DNA of 64,000 nucleotides from a virus: the IMG/VR virus record IMGVR_UViG_2889849113_000003, positions 3,716 through 67,715 of that record. One strand, given 5' to 3'. The notes under the pieces are model-generated. The model was not told the origin of the DNA. It saw nothing but the letters and a program-made list of their open reading frames with translations, and searched no databases. This document shows positions 53,662 to 62,886 of this stretch, one piece after another (the first letter of the stretch is position 1; the number at the start of each line of letters is the position of its first letter). The translations under genes were made by a program, and so were the position numbers.

Positions 53662-53958
53662 ATGACTGAACGAGTCCGCGGCCACCGTCTCCGCCAGTTC
53701 CGCGACTGGTACTTGCGCATGCACCCGCTCTGCGTGCGGTGCAGCAGCAAGCAAAGGGTCACGCTCGCTACCTGTTTAGACCATGTGAAGGCACTGGCCA
53801 ACGGGGGCGATGATTTCTTTGACCCGGCGACCGGCGCCTGGCGCACGGAGAACGCGCAATCTCTTTGTGACGATTGTCACAAAGAGAAATCCCGCAAGGA
53901 TTTGGGCTATCGGCCAAGACCCCGGATCGGACTCGATGGCTGGCCGGTGAAGGAATAG
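53662..53958 (+). CDS. Packaging-associated HNH (HK97 gp74-like)
   Basis: HPLCVRC...DHVKALANGG...QSLCDDCHKEKS; adjacent to terS. Confidence 0.85.
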   Translation: MTERVRGHRLRQFRDWYLRMHPLCVRCSSKQRVTLATCLDHVKALANGGDDFFDPATGAWRTENAQSLCDDCHKEKSRKDLGYRPRPRIGLDGWPVKE

Positions 53959-53960
53959 CC

Positions 53961-54434
53961 ATGCCGGGCCCGCCCCCGAAGCCCTCGCACCTAAAAATAA
54001 TCTCCGGCAATCCTGGGAAGAAGCCGCTCAACAAGCGCGAGCCCAAGCCGCGCCGCGAGATTCCCAGCTGCCCCGCGCACCTGCCCGACGAGGCCAAGGT
54101 CGCCTGGGGCCGCATGTCTGTGCTGCTCGACCGCATGGGCGTGCTCACCGAGGCCGACGCCTACGCCCTGGAGCGCGGCTGTGCGGTGTACGCCGAGATC
54201 CTGACCTACCAGAAGCTGGTGGACGAGAGCGGCGCGACCTACACGACGACGAGCACGCAGGGCGACACCGTCATCAAGGCCAACCCGGCGGTGGCGATGC
54301 TGGCCGACGCGGACCGGCGCTTCAAGGCGTGGCTGGTGGAGTTCGGGCTGACGCCGGCGGCAAGAAGCAAGGTCCATGTCCAAAACCCCGACGACGCCGA
54401 AAAGAAGGACCCGCTCAGCGAATTCTTCGGATAA
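53961..54434 (+). CDS. Terminase small subunit (P27 family)
   Basis: GPPPKP...GNPGK; ANPAV...EFGLTPAAR. Confidence 0.9.
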   Translation: MPGPPPKPSHLKIISGNPGKKPLNKREPKPRREIPSCPAHLPDEAKVAWGRMSVLLDRMGVLTEADAYALERGCAVYAEILTYQKLVDESGATYTTTSTQGDTVIKANPAVAMLADADRRFKAWLVEFGLTPAARSKVHVQNPDDAEKKDPLSEFFG

Positions 54435-56124
54435 AGCGAAGGCGCCGCCCACCGATCCCGTCACCGCCTACGCGCAGTCGGTCGTTGACGGTGTCCGCAT
54501 CGCCGGCCCGCATGTGCGCGCCGCGTGTGCGCGGCACCTGCGCGACCTGGAGTGCGGCCCGGCCCGCGGCCTGAAGTGGGACTCGGACGCCGCCAACAAG
54601 GCGCTGCGCTTCTTCGAGAAGGTGCTGAAGCTCAACGGCGGCGACTTCGAGGGCAAGCCCTTCGTGCTGCTGCCCTGGCAGCAGTTCGTCATCGGCAGCC
54701 TGCACGGATGGAAAGGCGCCGACGGCTGGCGGCGCTTCCGCGTCGCCTACATCGAGACGGCCAAGGGCTCGGGCAAGAGTCCGCTGTCGGCGGGCATCGG
54801 CCTGCACGGCATGGTGGCCGACAACGAGGCCCGGGCCGAGGTCTATGCCGCCGCGACGAAGAAGGATCAGGCCATGATCCTCTTCCGCGACGCCGTGGCC
54901 ATGGTGGACCAGTCGCCGGAGCTCGCGAAACGGCTGACCAAGAGCGGCACGGGTGAGCGCTGCTGGAACCTGGCCTACCTCCAGGCCGGCAGCTTCTTCC
55001 GGCCCGTGTCGTCGGACGATGGACAGAGCGGACCGCGCCCGCACATCGCGCTGATCGACGAGTTCCACGAGCACAAGACGAACACGGTCGTGGAGATGAT
55101 GCGCGCCGGCACCAAGAGCCGGCGGCAGGCGCTCATCTTCATCATCACCAACAGCGGCTCCAACAAGCAAAGCCCCTGCTGGCACTACCACGAGTACGGC
55201 GCCAAGGTGGCCGCGGGCACGCTCGAAGACGATGCCCTGTTCACCTTCATCTGCGCTCTGGACGAGAAGGACGACCCCTTCGCGGACGAGTCCTGCTGGG
55301 TGAAGGCCAACCCCTCGCTTCAGGACGCCGACCTGCCGGGCATGAAGTACCTGCGCGAGCAGGTCACCGAGGCGCGCGGCATGCCGTCGAAGGAAGCCAT
55401 CGTGCGGCGCCTGAACTTCTGCCAGTGGACCGAAGCCGAATCGCCATGGCTGTCGGCCGACGTGTGGAAGTCGGTGAAGCTGGAGTTCGACTGGCGCAAC
55501 CTGCGCGGGCGTCGCGCCTGGGGCGGGCTGGACCTCTCATCGACCACCGACCTCACCGGCCTGGTGTTCCTGGTGGAGCCGGAGCGCAGTGGCGAGCCTT
55601 GGCTGCTGGTGCCGTTTTGCTGGCTGCCTGACGAGGGCCTGCAGAAGAAGGCCGACAACGACAAGGTGCCCTACGTGGCCTGGAAGGCCAAGGGCTTCCT
55701 GGAGACCACGCCGGGCCGCGCGATCAGCAAGCGCGTCGTGCTGCAGCGCCTCACGGCGCTGGCCGAGTTCTTCGACATCCAGAAGATCGCCTACGACCGC
55801 TGGCGCATCGAGGATCTGATCGCTCTGGCATCGGACGAAGGCATCAGCCTGCCGCCGATGGAGCCCTTCGGCCAGGGATACAAGGAAATCAGCCCCGCCA
55901 TCGAGGAATTCGAGCGGATGCTGCTCAACGGCGAGCTTGCGCACGCCGACCACCCGGTGCTGAACTGGAACGCCAGCAACGCCGTGACGGTCCAGGACGA
56001 CGCCGAGAACCGCAAGCTGTCCAAGGAAAAGGCCACCGGCCGCATCGACCTGATCGTGGCTGCCGTCATGGCCGTGGGCCTGATGGCGCGCGAGCCGGTC
56101 GCCGAAGAATCGTTCTGGGAATAG
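54376..56124 (+). CDS. Terminase large subunit
   Basis: Walker A AKGSGKS, Walker B LIDEFH, GLDLSS, RIDLIVA. Confidence 0.95.
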   Translation: MSKTPTTPKRRTRSANSSDKAKAPPTDPVTAYAQSVVDGVRIAGPHVRAACARHLRDLECGPARGLKWDSDAANKALRFFEKVLKLNGGDFEGKPFVLLPWQQFVIGSLHGWKGADGWRRFRVAYIETAKGSGKSPLSAGIGLHGMVADNEARAEVYAAATKKDQAMILFRDAVAMVDQSPELAKRLTKSGTGERCWNLAYLQAGSFFRPVSSDDGQSGPRPHIALIDEFHEHKTNTVVEMMRAGTKSRRQALIFIITNSGSNKQSPCWHYHEYGAKVAAGTLEDDALFTFICALDEKDDPFADESCWVKANPSLQDADLPGMKYLREQVTEARGMPSKEAIVRRLNFCQWTEAESPWLSADVWKSVKLEFDWRNLRGRRAWGGLDLSSTTDLTGLVFLVEPERSGEPWLLVPFCWLPDEGLQKKADNDKVPYVAWKAKGFLETTPGRAISKRVVLQRLTALAEFFDIQKIAYDRWRIEDLIALASDEGISLPPMEPFGQGYKEISPAIEEFERMLLNGELAHADHPVLNWNASNAVTVQDDAENRKLSKEKATGRIDLIVAAVMAVGLMAREPVAEESFWE

Positions 56125-56127
56125 CCC

Positions 56128-56349
56128 ATGTCCAACCCCTCTACCACCGCCGCGCGCCTCGCCTCCGGCCTGGTGCGGGGAAGCCGCGCATGCGCGGCCC
56201 TGGCAGCCGCCTCCATCCCCGACGCCCTGGTGCTGGGCGGCTCGGCCGCGCTTGCGCACGGCGCCTGGCTGCTGCTGCCCGCGGCGGGCTGGCTCACCGG
56301 CGGCGCGCTGGCGCTGGTGGCCGGCATCCTGGCGGCGCGCCGCGGCTGA
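56128..56349 (+). CDS. Small membrane protein preceding portal
   Basis: Two hydrophobic segments, position typical of HK97-like phages. Confidence 0.6.
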   Translation: MSNPSTTAARLASGLVRGSRACAALAAASIPDALVLGGSAALAHGAWLLLPAAGWLTGGALALVAGILAARRG

Positions 56350-56354
56350 AGCAG

Positions 56355-57635
56355 GTGAGCTTTTTCGGGAAACTGCTGGCGCCGCGCGAGCGCCAGGCGC
56401 AGGCCTGGGGTGGTGAGGGCTTCTGGGAGTCCTTCGGCTTCGGTGGCCGGGCGAAGTCCGGCATGGCCGTCACGGTGGACCGGGCGCTGCAGGTGACCGT
56501 GGTGCTGGCCTGCCTGCGCGTGATCGCCGAAGGCGTGGCGCAGGTGCCGTTCGCCATCCACCGCAAGCGCAAGGGCGAGGCCGGCGGTTCCGACGTGGCT
56601 GACGACCATCCCTTGCACTGGCTGCTGTCGCGCCGGCCGAACCCCTGGCAGACGAGCTTTGAGTTCTTCGAGCAGGTCGTCTTCCACACGGCGCTGTGTG
56701 GGCGGTTCATCGCGTTCAAGAACGTCGTGCGCGGCCAGGTGCGCGAGCTGATCCCGTTCCTGCCCAATGAGGTTCAGGTCGAGCAGGACGAGTTCCGGCG
56801 CCTGACGTACCGGGTCACGAGCCGCAACGGCGAGTACGCGGTGCTTTCGGCGGATCAGGTGTGGCACGTCAAGGGCCCGGCCTGGGACCTGAAGGACGGC
56901 TTGCAGATCCTGAATCTGGCGCGCGAGGCCATCGGCCTGTCGATCGCGGCCGAGGAGTCGCATGCAGTGATGCACGCCAATGGCGGGCAGACCAGCGGCG
57001 TGTACTCGATCGAGGGCACGCTGAACAAGGATCAGTACAAGACCTTGCGCGACTGGATCGCCACGCAGGTCACCGGGGACAACCGCTTCCGGCCCTTCGT
57101 GCTGGACCGCGGGGCCAAGTACACGCCCACCACGATGACGGGCGTGGACCAGCAGCACCTTGAGGTGCGTCGTCATCAAGTGGAAGAGATTTGCCGGGCG
57201 TTTAGGTGCGCGCCATTGATGGTCGGTTACTCCGACAAGACCGCCACCTACGCCAGCGCGGAGCAGATGTTTCTCGCGCACGTCGTGCACTGCCTGGCCC
57301 CGTGGTATCGGCGCCTGGAAATGAGCATCGACGTGAACCTGCTGACCGACGCGGAGATGCGCAGCGGGCTCTACGCGAAGTTCAACCCCAACGGCCTGAT
57401 GCGCGGCGCCCACAAGGACCGCGCCGACTTCTACCGCTCGCTGTTCGACATGGGGGCCATCAACCCCAACGAAATCCGCGCGCTGGAAGAGATGAACCCC
57501 TACGACGGCGGCGACACCTACCGCGTGCAGCTCAACCTCACCGACGCCAGCAAGCCGACACCGGACCCGGTGCCGGGCGCGAGCGGGTTGCAGCAGCCGG
57601 CTGCGGAACCGGCGTCGGCTCCCGCCGAGGAGTAG
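56355..57635 (+). CDS. Portal protein, HK97 family
   Basis: IAEGVAQVPF, RPNPWQT, VEEICRAF, INPNEIRALE. Confidence 0.93.
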   Translation: MSFFGKLLAPRERQAQAWGGEGFWESFGFGGRAKSGMAVTVDRALQVTVVLACLRVIAEGVAQVPFAIHRKRKGEAGGSDVADDHPLHWLLSRRPNPWQTSFEFFEQVVFHTALCGRFIAFKNVVRGQVRELIPFLPNEVQVEQDEFRRLTYRVTSRNGEYAVLSADQVWHVKGPAWDLKDGLQILNLAREAIGLSIAAEESHAVMHANGGQTSGVYSIEGTLNKDQYKTLRDWIATQVTGDNRFRPFVLDRGAKYTPTTMTGVDQQHLEVRRHQVEEICRAFRCAPLMVGYSDKTATYASAEQMFLAHVVHCLAPWYRRLEMSIDVNLLTDAEMRSGLYAKFNPNGLMRGAHKDRADFYRSLFDMGAINPNEIRALEEMNPYDGGDTYRVQLNLTDASKPTPDPVPGASGLQQPAAEPASAPAEE

Positions 57636-57638
57636 CCC

Positions 57639-58736
57639 ATGGGCAACCGCAACAACGCCGGGCGCGTGCTGAGCGCGCGCAACGAGCAACGCATTCGCGA
57701 CGCGCAAGACGCGCTCGCCGCAGTCCTGGCCGAACTGCCGGCCGCGGACGACGACACGCAGGAAGGAAACACCATGGCCAAGCCGATCATCGACTTGAGC
57801 GCCCTGTCGGCCACCGCGCGCAACCGCGCACCGCAGGCGCTGGGCCCGGGGCACGTGCGCGTGGCCGCCAGCACCGAGGAAGCCGACACCGCCGACGTGT
57901 GGATCTATGGCGACATCGGTGGCTGGTGGGATGGCGTGCAGGCCGAGGACTTCGCCAAGGAGATCGCCGCACTCGACGTGAGCACGCTCAACGTGCGGCT
58001 GAACTCGCCCGGCGGCGCTGTCTTCGACGGCACGGCCATCTACAACGCCCTGGCCGCGCACCCGGCCAGGGTCATCGTGCACATCGACGGCATCGCGGCA
58101 TCCATCGCCTCGATCATCGCCATGGCCGGCGACGAAATCCGCATCAGCGAGGGTGCGAGCATGATGATCCACAAGCCGTGGAGCCTCGCAATCGGGGACG
58201 CGGAGGCCATGCGCAAGGAGGCCGACGTGCTCGACGGGCTCCAGGAGGGCCTGGTGGACATCTACGCCGCGCGCACCGGCGCGGACCGCGCCGACATCCA
58301 GGCTTGGGTGAACGCCGAGACGTGGTTCCGCGGCCAGAAGGCCGTGGACGAAGGCTTCGCCGACGTGCTGGTGCCGGCGAAGAAGAAGGAGGACAAGAAG
58401 GCCGCCCGCGCGCACGCGCGCTCGGCCATGCTGCCCCTCTTCCGCAACGCTCCGCAGGACCTGCTGGACGCCGGCGGCGACGACGCCAGCGCCTCCAACG
58501 AGGTCCGCATCCTTGAACGCCAACTGCGCGACGTGGTTGGCCTCTCCGCGGCCGACGCCAAGTGCGCCATCGCACTGGCCAAGGCCGCACTGCACACCGG
58601 GCCTCGCGACGAGATCCGGGAACCCGCCGCTGCCGCCGCGCCCGCGCCGGCCGCGGCTCCACCCGCCCCTCGCGACGAGGGCGCGACCGAGCTCCAGCGC
58701 CTCGCAGCCTTCCTGAAGGCCCTGCCGAGCGCCTAG
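57639..58736 (+). CDS. ClpP-like (S14) prohead protease
   Basis: LNSPGGAVF, AASIAS, MMIHKPW, ETWF. Confidence 0.92.
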   Translation: MGNRNNAGRVLSARNEQRIRDAQDALAAVLAELPAADDDTQEGNTMAKPIIDLSALSATARNRAPQALGPGHVRVAASTEEADTADVWIYGDIGGWWDGVQAEDFAKEIAALDVSTLNVRLNSPGGAVFDGTAIYNALAAHPARVIVHIDGIAASIASIIAMAGDEIRISEGASMMIHKPWSLAIGDAEAMRKEADVLDGLQEGLVDIYAARTGADRADIQAWVNAETWFRGQKAVDEGFADVLVPAKKKEDKKAARAHARSAMLPLFRNAPQDLLDAGGDDASASNEVRILERQLRDVVGLSAADAKCAIALAKAALHTGPRDEIREPAAAAAPAPAAAPPAPRDEGATELQRLAAFLKALPSA

Positions 58737-58763
58737 AGCCCGCTCCCTCCCACCAGCCCAACG

Positions 58764-58786
58764 AAGCCCGCACCAGCGGGCTTTTT
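58764..58786 (+). terminator. Hairpin/terminator between protease and capsid
   Basis: AAGCCCGC-ACCA-GCGGGCTT-TTT. Confidence 0.55.
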
Positions 58787-58808
58787 GCATTCCAGAAGGA
58801 AACACGTC

Positions 58809-60062
58809 ATGTCCGACGACACCAAGAAGGCCGTCCAGGAAGTCATGGAAGCCGTCACGCAGCTGCGTGAGAACAACGACAAGCTGCTCGCGGCGAAGGC
58901 CGACGGCAAGGCCGTGGGCGACCTGACCGCCAAGGTCGAGAAGATCAGCGACAAGCTCGACCAGTACGAGAACACCAACCAGCAGATCGTGCTGGCGCAG
59001 AAGACGCAGCAGGCCCAGCAGGAGCAGCTGGACCGGCTGGAGACGCTGCTGAATCGCGCCGCGGTCGGCGGCGGCGGCGCCAAGGGCGAGGACGATGCGC
59101 AGAAGCTGCGCGCCGCGTTCGACCGCGTCATGCGCACCCGCCACGAGAACCGCGCCCCCGAGGACGTGAGCCTGCTCAAGCAGCACATGGCCGCCCTGGT
59201 CAAGGGCGACGACGCCTCGGCCGGCTACCTGCTGGCACCCCCGGACCTGGAGCGCGCGATCCTCAAGGACATCATCGAGATGTCGCCCATCCGCGCCCTG
59301 GCCACCGTGCGCACCATCGGCGCCCACTCCTACAAGTGGCCCAAGCGCATCGGCACCGGCAGCGCCACCCGCGTGGGCGAGGTGCAGCCGCGCCCCAACA
59401 GCACCGACCCGCGCTACGGCATGGGCGAGATCCTGGCGCCCGAGATGTTCGCGCGCCACGAGGTCTCGCAGCAGATGCTCGAAGACAGCGGCTACGACCT
59501 GATGGCCGAGCTGCGCGAGGAGGTGTCCGAACAGATGGCCGTCAAGGAAGGCATCGAGTCCGTGAGCGGCACCGGCAACGCCAACCACCAGATGGAAGGC
59601 TTCCTGGTCGCGTCGGGCATCGGCGAGGTCGTCTCCGGCCACGCCAGCCAGATCACGGCCGACGGGCTGCTGAACCTGTTCTACGAGCTCAAGACGGTCT
59701 ACACCCGCTCGGCCGTGTGGGCGATGAACCGCCGCACGATCCGCGACATCCGCAAGCTCAAGGACAACCAGGGCCAGTACCTCTGGGTGGCCGGTATCGC
59801 CAACGCGGCGCCCAACACCATCAACGGCACGGCCTACGTCGAGTTCCCGGACATGCCCGATGTCGGCGCCGGCGCCTACCCGGTGGCCTTCGGCGACTTC
59901 AAGCGCGCCTACACCATCGTGGACCGCGTGGGTCTCGGCTTCATGCCCGACTACATCACCGGCGCCGATGACGGCCTGGTGGTGTACCGCGCGCGCAAGC
60001 GCGTCGGCGGCGGCGTCAAAAAGAGCGAGGCGCTGAAGAAGCTCAAGATCGGCACCGCCTGA
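58809..60062 (+). CDS. Major capsid protein, HK97 fold
   Basis: Coiled delta domain, AGYLLAP, SQQMLEDS, AFGDFKRAYTIVDR. Confidence 0.95.
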   Translation: MSDDTKKAVQEVMEAVTQLRENNDKLLAAKADGKAVGDLTAKVEKISDKLDQYENTNQQIVLAQKTQQAQQEQLDRLETLLNRAAVGGGGAKGEDDAQKLRAAFDRVMRTRHENRAPEDVSLLKQHMAALVKGDDASAGYLLAPPDLERAILKDIIEMSPIRALATVRTIGAHSYKWPKRIGTGSATRVGEVQPRPNSTDPRYGMGEILAPEMFARHEVSQQMLEDSGYDLMAELREEVSEQMAVKEGIESVSGTGNANHQMEGFLVASGIGEVVSGHASQITADGLLNLFYELKTVYTRSAVWAMNRRTIRDIRKLKDNQGQYLWVAGIANAAPNTINGTAYVEFPDMPDVGAGAYPVAFGDFKRAYTIVDRVGLGFMPDYITGADDGLVVYRARKRVGGGVKKSEALKKLKIGTA

Positions 60063-60133
60063 TCGGCCCGACAGCCAGCCAACAGGGCCCGCTGCGCGGG
60101 CCTGCTTGAACACCCAACATCGAAGGAATCGTC

Positions 60134-60580
60134 ATGCGCGACCTCTTCTCCAACCTGGCGCTGCAGCAGACGCTGTCGCCGGCCGTCTACACCGCCGACC
60201 AGAACGGCGCCGCGGTGGACCGCAAGGGCTTCGACGCCATCCTGCATGTCGTCAACGTCGGCATCACGGCCGACACGCTCTCCGGCTCGGTCAAGATCGA
60301 CTTCAAGCTGCAGGAGTCCGACGACGGCGCCACCTGGAACGCCGTCACCCGGGCCTACGACGTGAAGCAGTCCACGACCGCGCCCTACGTGGCGGTGGAT
60401 GCCAACGGCACGTTCCTGACCGTGGACGACAACGCCGAGGACGACGCGGTCTACAAGGTTGGCTACATCGGCAACAAGCGCTACTCGCGCGTGGTGGCCG
60501 ACTACACCGGCACGCACACCAACGGCATCGAGTTGTCGATGACCGCCGTCAAGGGCTACCCGGCCAGCCAGCCGGTCTGA
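60134..60580 (+). CDS. Capsid decoration/cement-like protein
   Basis: AVDRKGF...KLQESDDGATW...YIGNKRYSR; follows MCP. Confidence 0.65.
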   Translation: MRDLFSNLALQQTLSPAVYTADQNGAAVDRKGFDAILHVVNVGITADTLSGSVKIDFKLQESDDGATWNAVTRAYDVKQSTTAPYVAVDANGTFLTVDDNAEDDAVYKVGYIGNKRYSRVVADYTGTHTNGIELSMTAVKGYPASQPV

Positions 60581-60600
60581 GCCTGATCCGCTGACGCACC

Positions 60601-60630
60601 GGGCCGCCGCGAGGCGGCCCTTTCACTTTC
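60601..60630 (+). terminator. Intrinsic terminator
   Basis: GGGCCGCC-GCGA-GGCGGCCC-TTT. Confidence 0.65.
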
Positions 60631-60645
60631 TGAAGGAGGAGGCGC

Positions 60646-61134
60646 ATGCCTGCTACCGTTCGCATCATCCAGAAGACGGGCGCCGGCGGCACCGCCACCG
60701 ACGCCTCCGGCGGCATCCGCTTCAAGAACGCCGATAACGCCACCGTGGATCTGGTCAACCCCATGGTCAAGCCCGCCAGCGGCAGCGACTTCTCGTTCGA
60801 GAAGTGGCTGCGCCTGGAGGTGACCGGGGGCACCTACACCCAGATCACCAACATCCGCGCCTACAGCGACGGCGCCAACGGCATGGGCACCGGCATCAAC
60901 CTGTGGGCCAAGGCCGTGACGAACTACGCGCAGCCGGCCGAGCCCACCAGCACGAGCGGCTTCACGAACTTCTTCTCCTACACCTCCGCCTCGCCGCTGA
61001 GCCTGGGCGCGGGCCCCTACACCGGCAACGGCGAGAAGGGCGACCACGTGGTGCTGATGATGGAAGTGCAGAGCACGGCGTCGGGCGGGCTGACGGCGAC
61101 GGAGACCGCATCTTTTTCTTGGGATGAGATTTAA
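60646..61134 (+). CDS. Putative virion structural protein
   Basis: Thr/Gly/Ser-rich beta composition. Confidence 0.65.
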   Translation: MPATVRIIQKTGAGGTATDASGGIRFKNADNATVDLVNPMVKPASGSDFSFEKWLRLEVTGGTYTQITNIRAYSDGANGMGTGINLWAKAVTNYAQPAEPTSTSGFTNFFSYTSASPLSLGAGPYTGNGEKGDHVVLMMEVQSTASGGLTATETASFSWDEI

Positions 61135-61190
61135 TAACTAATTATTTTGTCTGAGATATACTGCGCACCCGACCTCACGAAAGGTGCGCC

Positions 61191-61841
61191 ATGGAATCCA
61201 GACTCACGATCCTTGAGAGGGTTGGCATCGACAAGCACGGCCACACGGCCGTGCGTGTTCGATGCATCTGCGGCACAGAAAGGGTGCTGCCTGAGACGGT
61301 GGTCAGGACCGGAAGAACCAAGAGTTGCGGCTGCCTCAAAGACGAAGTTCAGCGCGCGCGCTGGGCCAGGGGCCGCGAAGATCGTTTCTGGGTTCAAGTG
61401 GACAAGCGCAGTAAGAAGGAATGCTGGCGCTGGCTCGGTTTCTCATCGCAAGGACCGAACAACTCGTCTCCTTACGGGGTTGCGTCCTACGAGGGCAAGC
61501 AGTGGCGCACGCATCGACTGGCCTACAGGCTTGTCAAAGGTGAAATTCCCGAGGGCGCAATGGTTTTGCACACGTGCGACAACACCTTGTGTTGCAACCC
61601 AAATCACCTGTACCTCGGTGACCACAAGCAGAACATGCGAGATGTCGCGGAACGCGGACTGCGCAAGAACATCAACACCGGCGAGCAAAACGGCCGCGCC
61701 AAACTGACCCAGGAACAGGCCGACGAGATCCGCGCGCTCTACGCCACCAGCAGCCGTTCCCAACAGTCCATCGCCGACGAGTACGGGGTCAGCCAGTTCG
61801 CCGTCAGCCAGATCGTCCGCAACAAGCGCTACTGCACCTGA
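61191..61841 (+). CDS. HNH homing endonuclease
   Basis: TKSCGC, ECWRW, HRLAY, VLHTCDN..CCNPNHL, AKLT HTH. Confidence 0.9.
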   Translation: MESRLTILERVGIDKHGHTAVRVRCICGTERVLPETVVRTGRTKSCGCLKDEVQRARWARGREDRFWVQVDKRSKKECWRWLGFSSQGPNNSSPYGVASYEGKQWRTHRLAYRLVKGEIPEGAMVLHTCDNTLCCNPNHLYLGDHKQNMRDVAERGLRKNINTGEQNGRAKLTQEQADEIRALYATSSRSQQSIADEYGVSQFAVSQIVRNKRYCT

Positions 61842-61864
61842 CCCGCAGCAGCCCCAGAACATCC

Positions 61865-61887
61865 AAGCCGCCTCCGGGCGGCTTTTT
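61865..61887 (+). terminator. Intrinsic terminator
   Basis: AAGCCGCC-TCCG-GGCGGCTT-TTT. Confidence 0.65.
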
Positions 61888-61900
61888 CACGCCCCAGCCG

Positions 61901-62161
61901 ATGACCAAGCAACTTGAAGAGGTGATCGGCGTCGATGTCACCTTCGACCTCGAAGACCTCAAACCCGGCGTCGAGTACGACGTGGTGTTCGGCGAGTTCG
62001 ACTCCAGCGTGCAGGGCGCCTTTCGCTCGGTCCTCGCCGCTAAGACCCAGGACGGCATCACCCTCTGGGGCAACGGCGTGACGCTCGCCGGCGTCAACGT
62101 CTCCTTCTTCGTGCCCGAGCCCGGCGCCGAGCCGCAGCTGCCCCGATCGTTCGCCGTATGA
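61901..62161 (+). CDS. Hypothetical protein
   Basis: 86 aa. Confidence 0.55.
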   Translation: MTKQLEEVIGVDVTFDLEDLKPGVEYDVVFGEFDSSVQGAFRSVLAAKTQDGITLWGNGVTLAGVNVSFFVPEPGAEPQLPRSFAV

Positions 62162-62403
62162 CCAACCCGACCCCCTTTGAGATCGCCGCCGACGCCGCCA
62201 CGGGCGCGCGCGCGGCGAGCAACGGCGCTGCCCGCCTGATCCTCACCGAGGCCGACGGCGTGATGTTCCGCCGCCGCGGCGTGCGCAACGCCGGCACCGA
62301 GGCGCAGCAGGGCGTGGAGCTCGCCGTGGCCGAGGTCAACGGTGTCCGCGTGTACTTCGACGGCACGACCGTGATCGTCTCGCGGGCGGACCTGTACCCC
62401 TGA
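62158..62403 (+). CDS. Hypothetical protein
   Basis: 81 aa, ATGA-coupled. Confidence 0.6.
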   Translation: MTNPTPFEIAADAATGARAASNGAARLILTEADGVMFRRRGVRNAGTEAQQGVELAVAEVNGVRVYFDGTTVIVSRADLYP

Positions 62404-62438
62404 GCCCGGCTTTCCCCTGAATCTTCGCGAGCAGCCCC

Positions 62439-62882
62439 ATGCCTATCTTCAGCATCACGCGCACCGCCACGGCCCTGTCCACCTCGGCCGACCTGCTCAC
62501 GCTGGTCGCGGCCAACAACAAGCCGCTGCGCGTGCTCATGGTGGACTTGAAGGGCATGGGCACCACGTCAAGTGCGAACGAGGTGCTGATGTCGCGCTCG
62601 ACGGGCGGCACCGGCGCCGGCGGCGCCCTCGCGGCCGAGAAGGTCAACTCCAACTCTGCCGCGGCGAGCTTTTCCGCCTTCACCACCTGGGGCGCGCAGC
62701 CCACGCTCGCGGCGCGGCCGATCTGGGCCTTCGGGCCCAACACCAACGGCGGCATCGACAAGTTCGTGGCCGTGCCCGGCGCCGAGATCAGTGTGCCGGC
62801 CTCGGGCCAGCTGAGCTTTCGCGCCGCGGCCGGCACCGGGCCCGTGACGATCGCGGTGCTGGTCGAGGAAATCGACGGCTGA
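62439..62882 (+). CDS. Putative structural beta-sandwich protein
   Basis: Ala/Thr/Gly-rich 147 aa. Confidence 0.65.
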   Translation: MPIFSITRTATALSTSADLLTLVAANNKPLRVLMVDLKGMGTTSSANEVLMSRSTGGTGAGGALAAEKVNSNSAAASFSAFTTWGAQPTLAARPIWAFGPNTNGGIDKFVAVPGAEISVPASGQLSFRAAAGTGPVTIAVLVEEIDG

Positions 62883-62886
62883 CGCG

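Noticed and set aside
55791-60113. 1440-aa antisense ORF
   Set aside because: Shadow frame opposite portal, protease and capsid, expected from high-GC codon bias; no recognisable motifs
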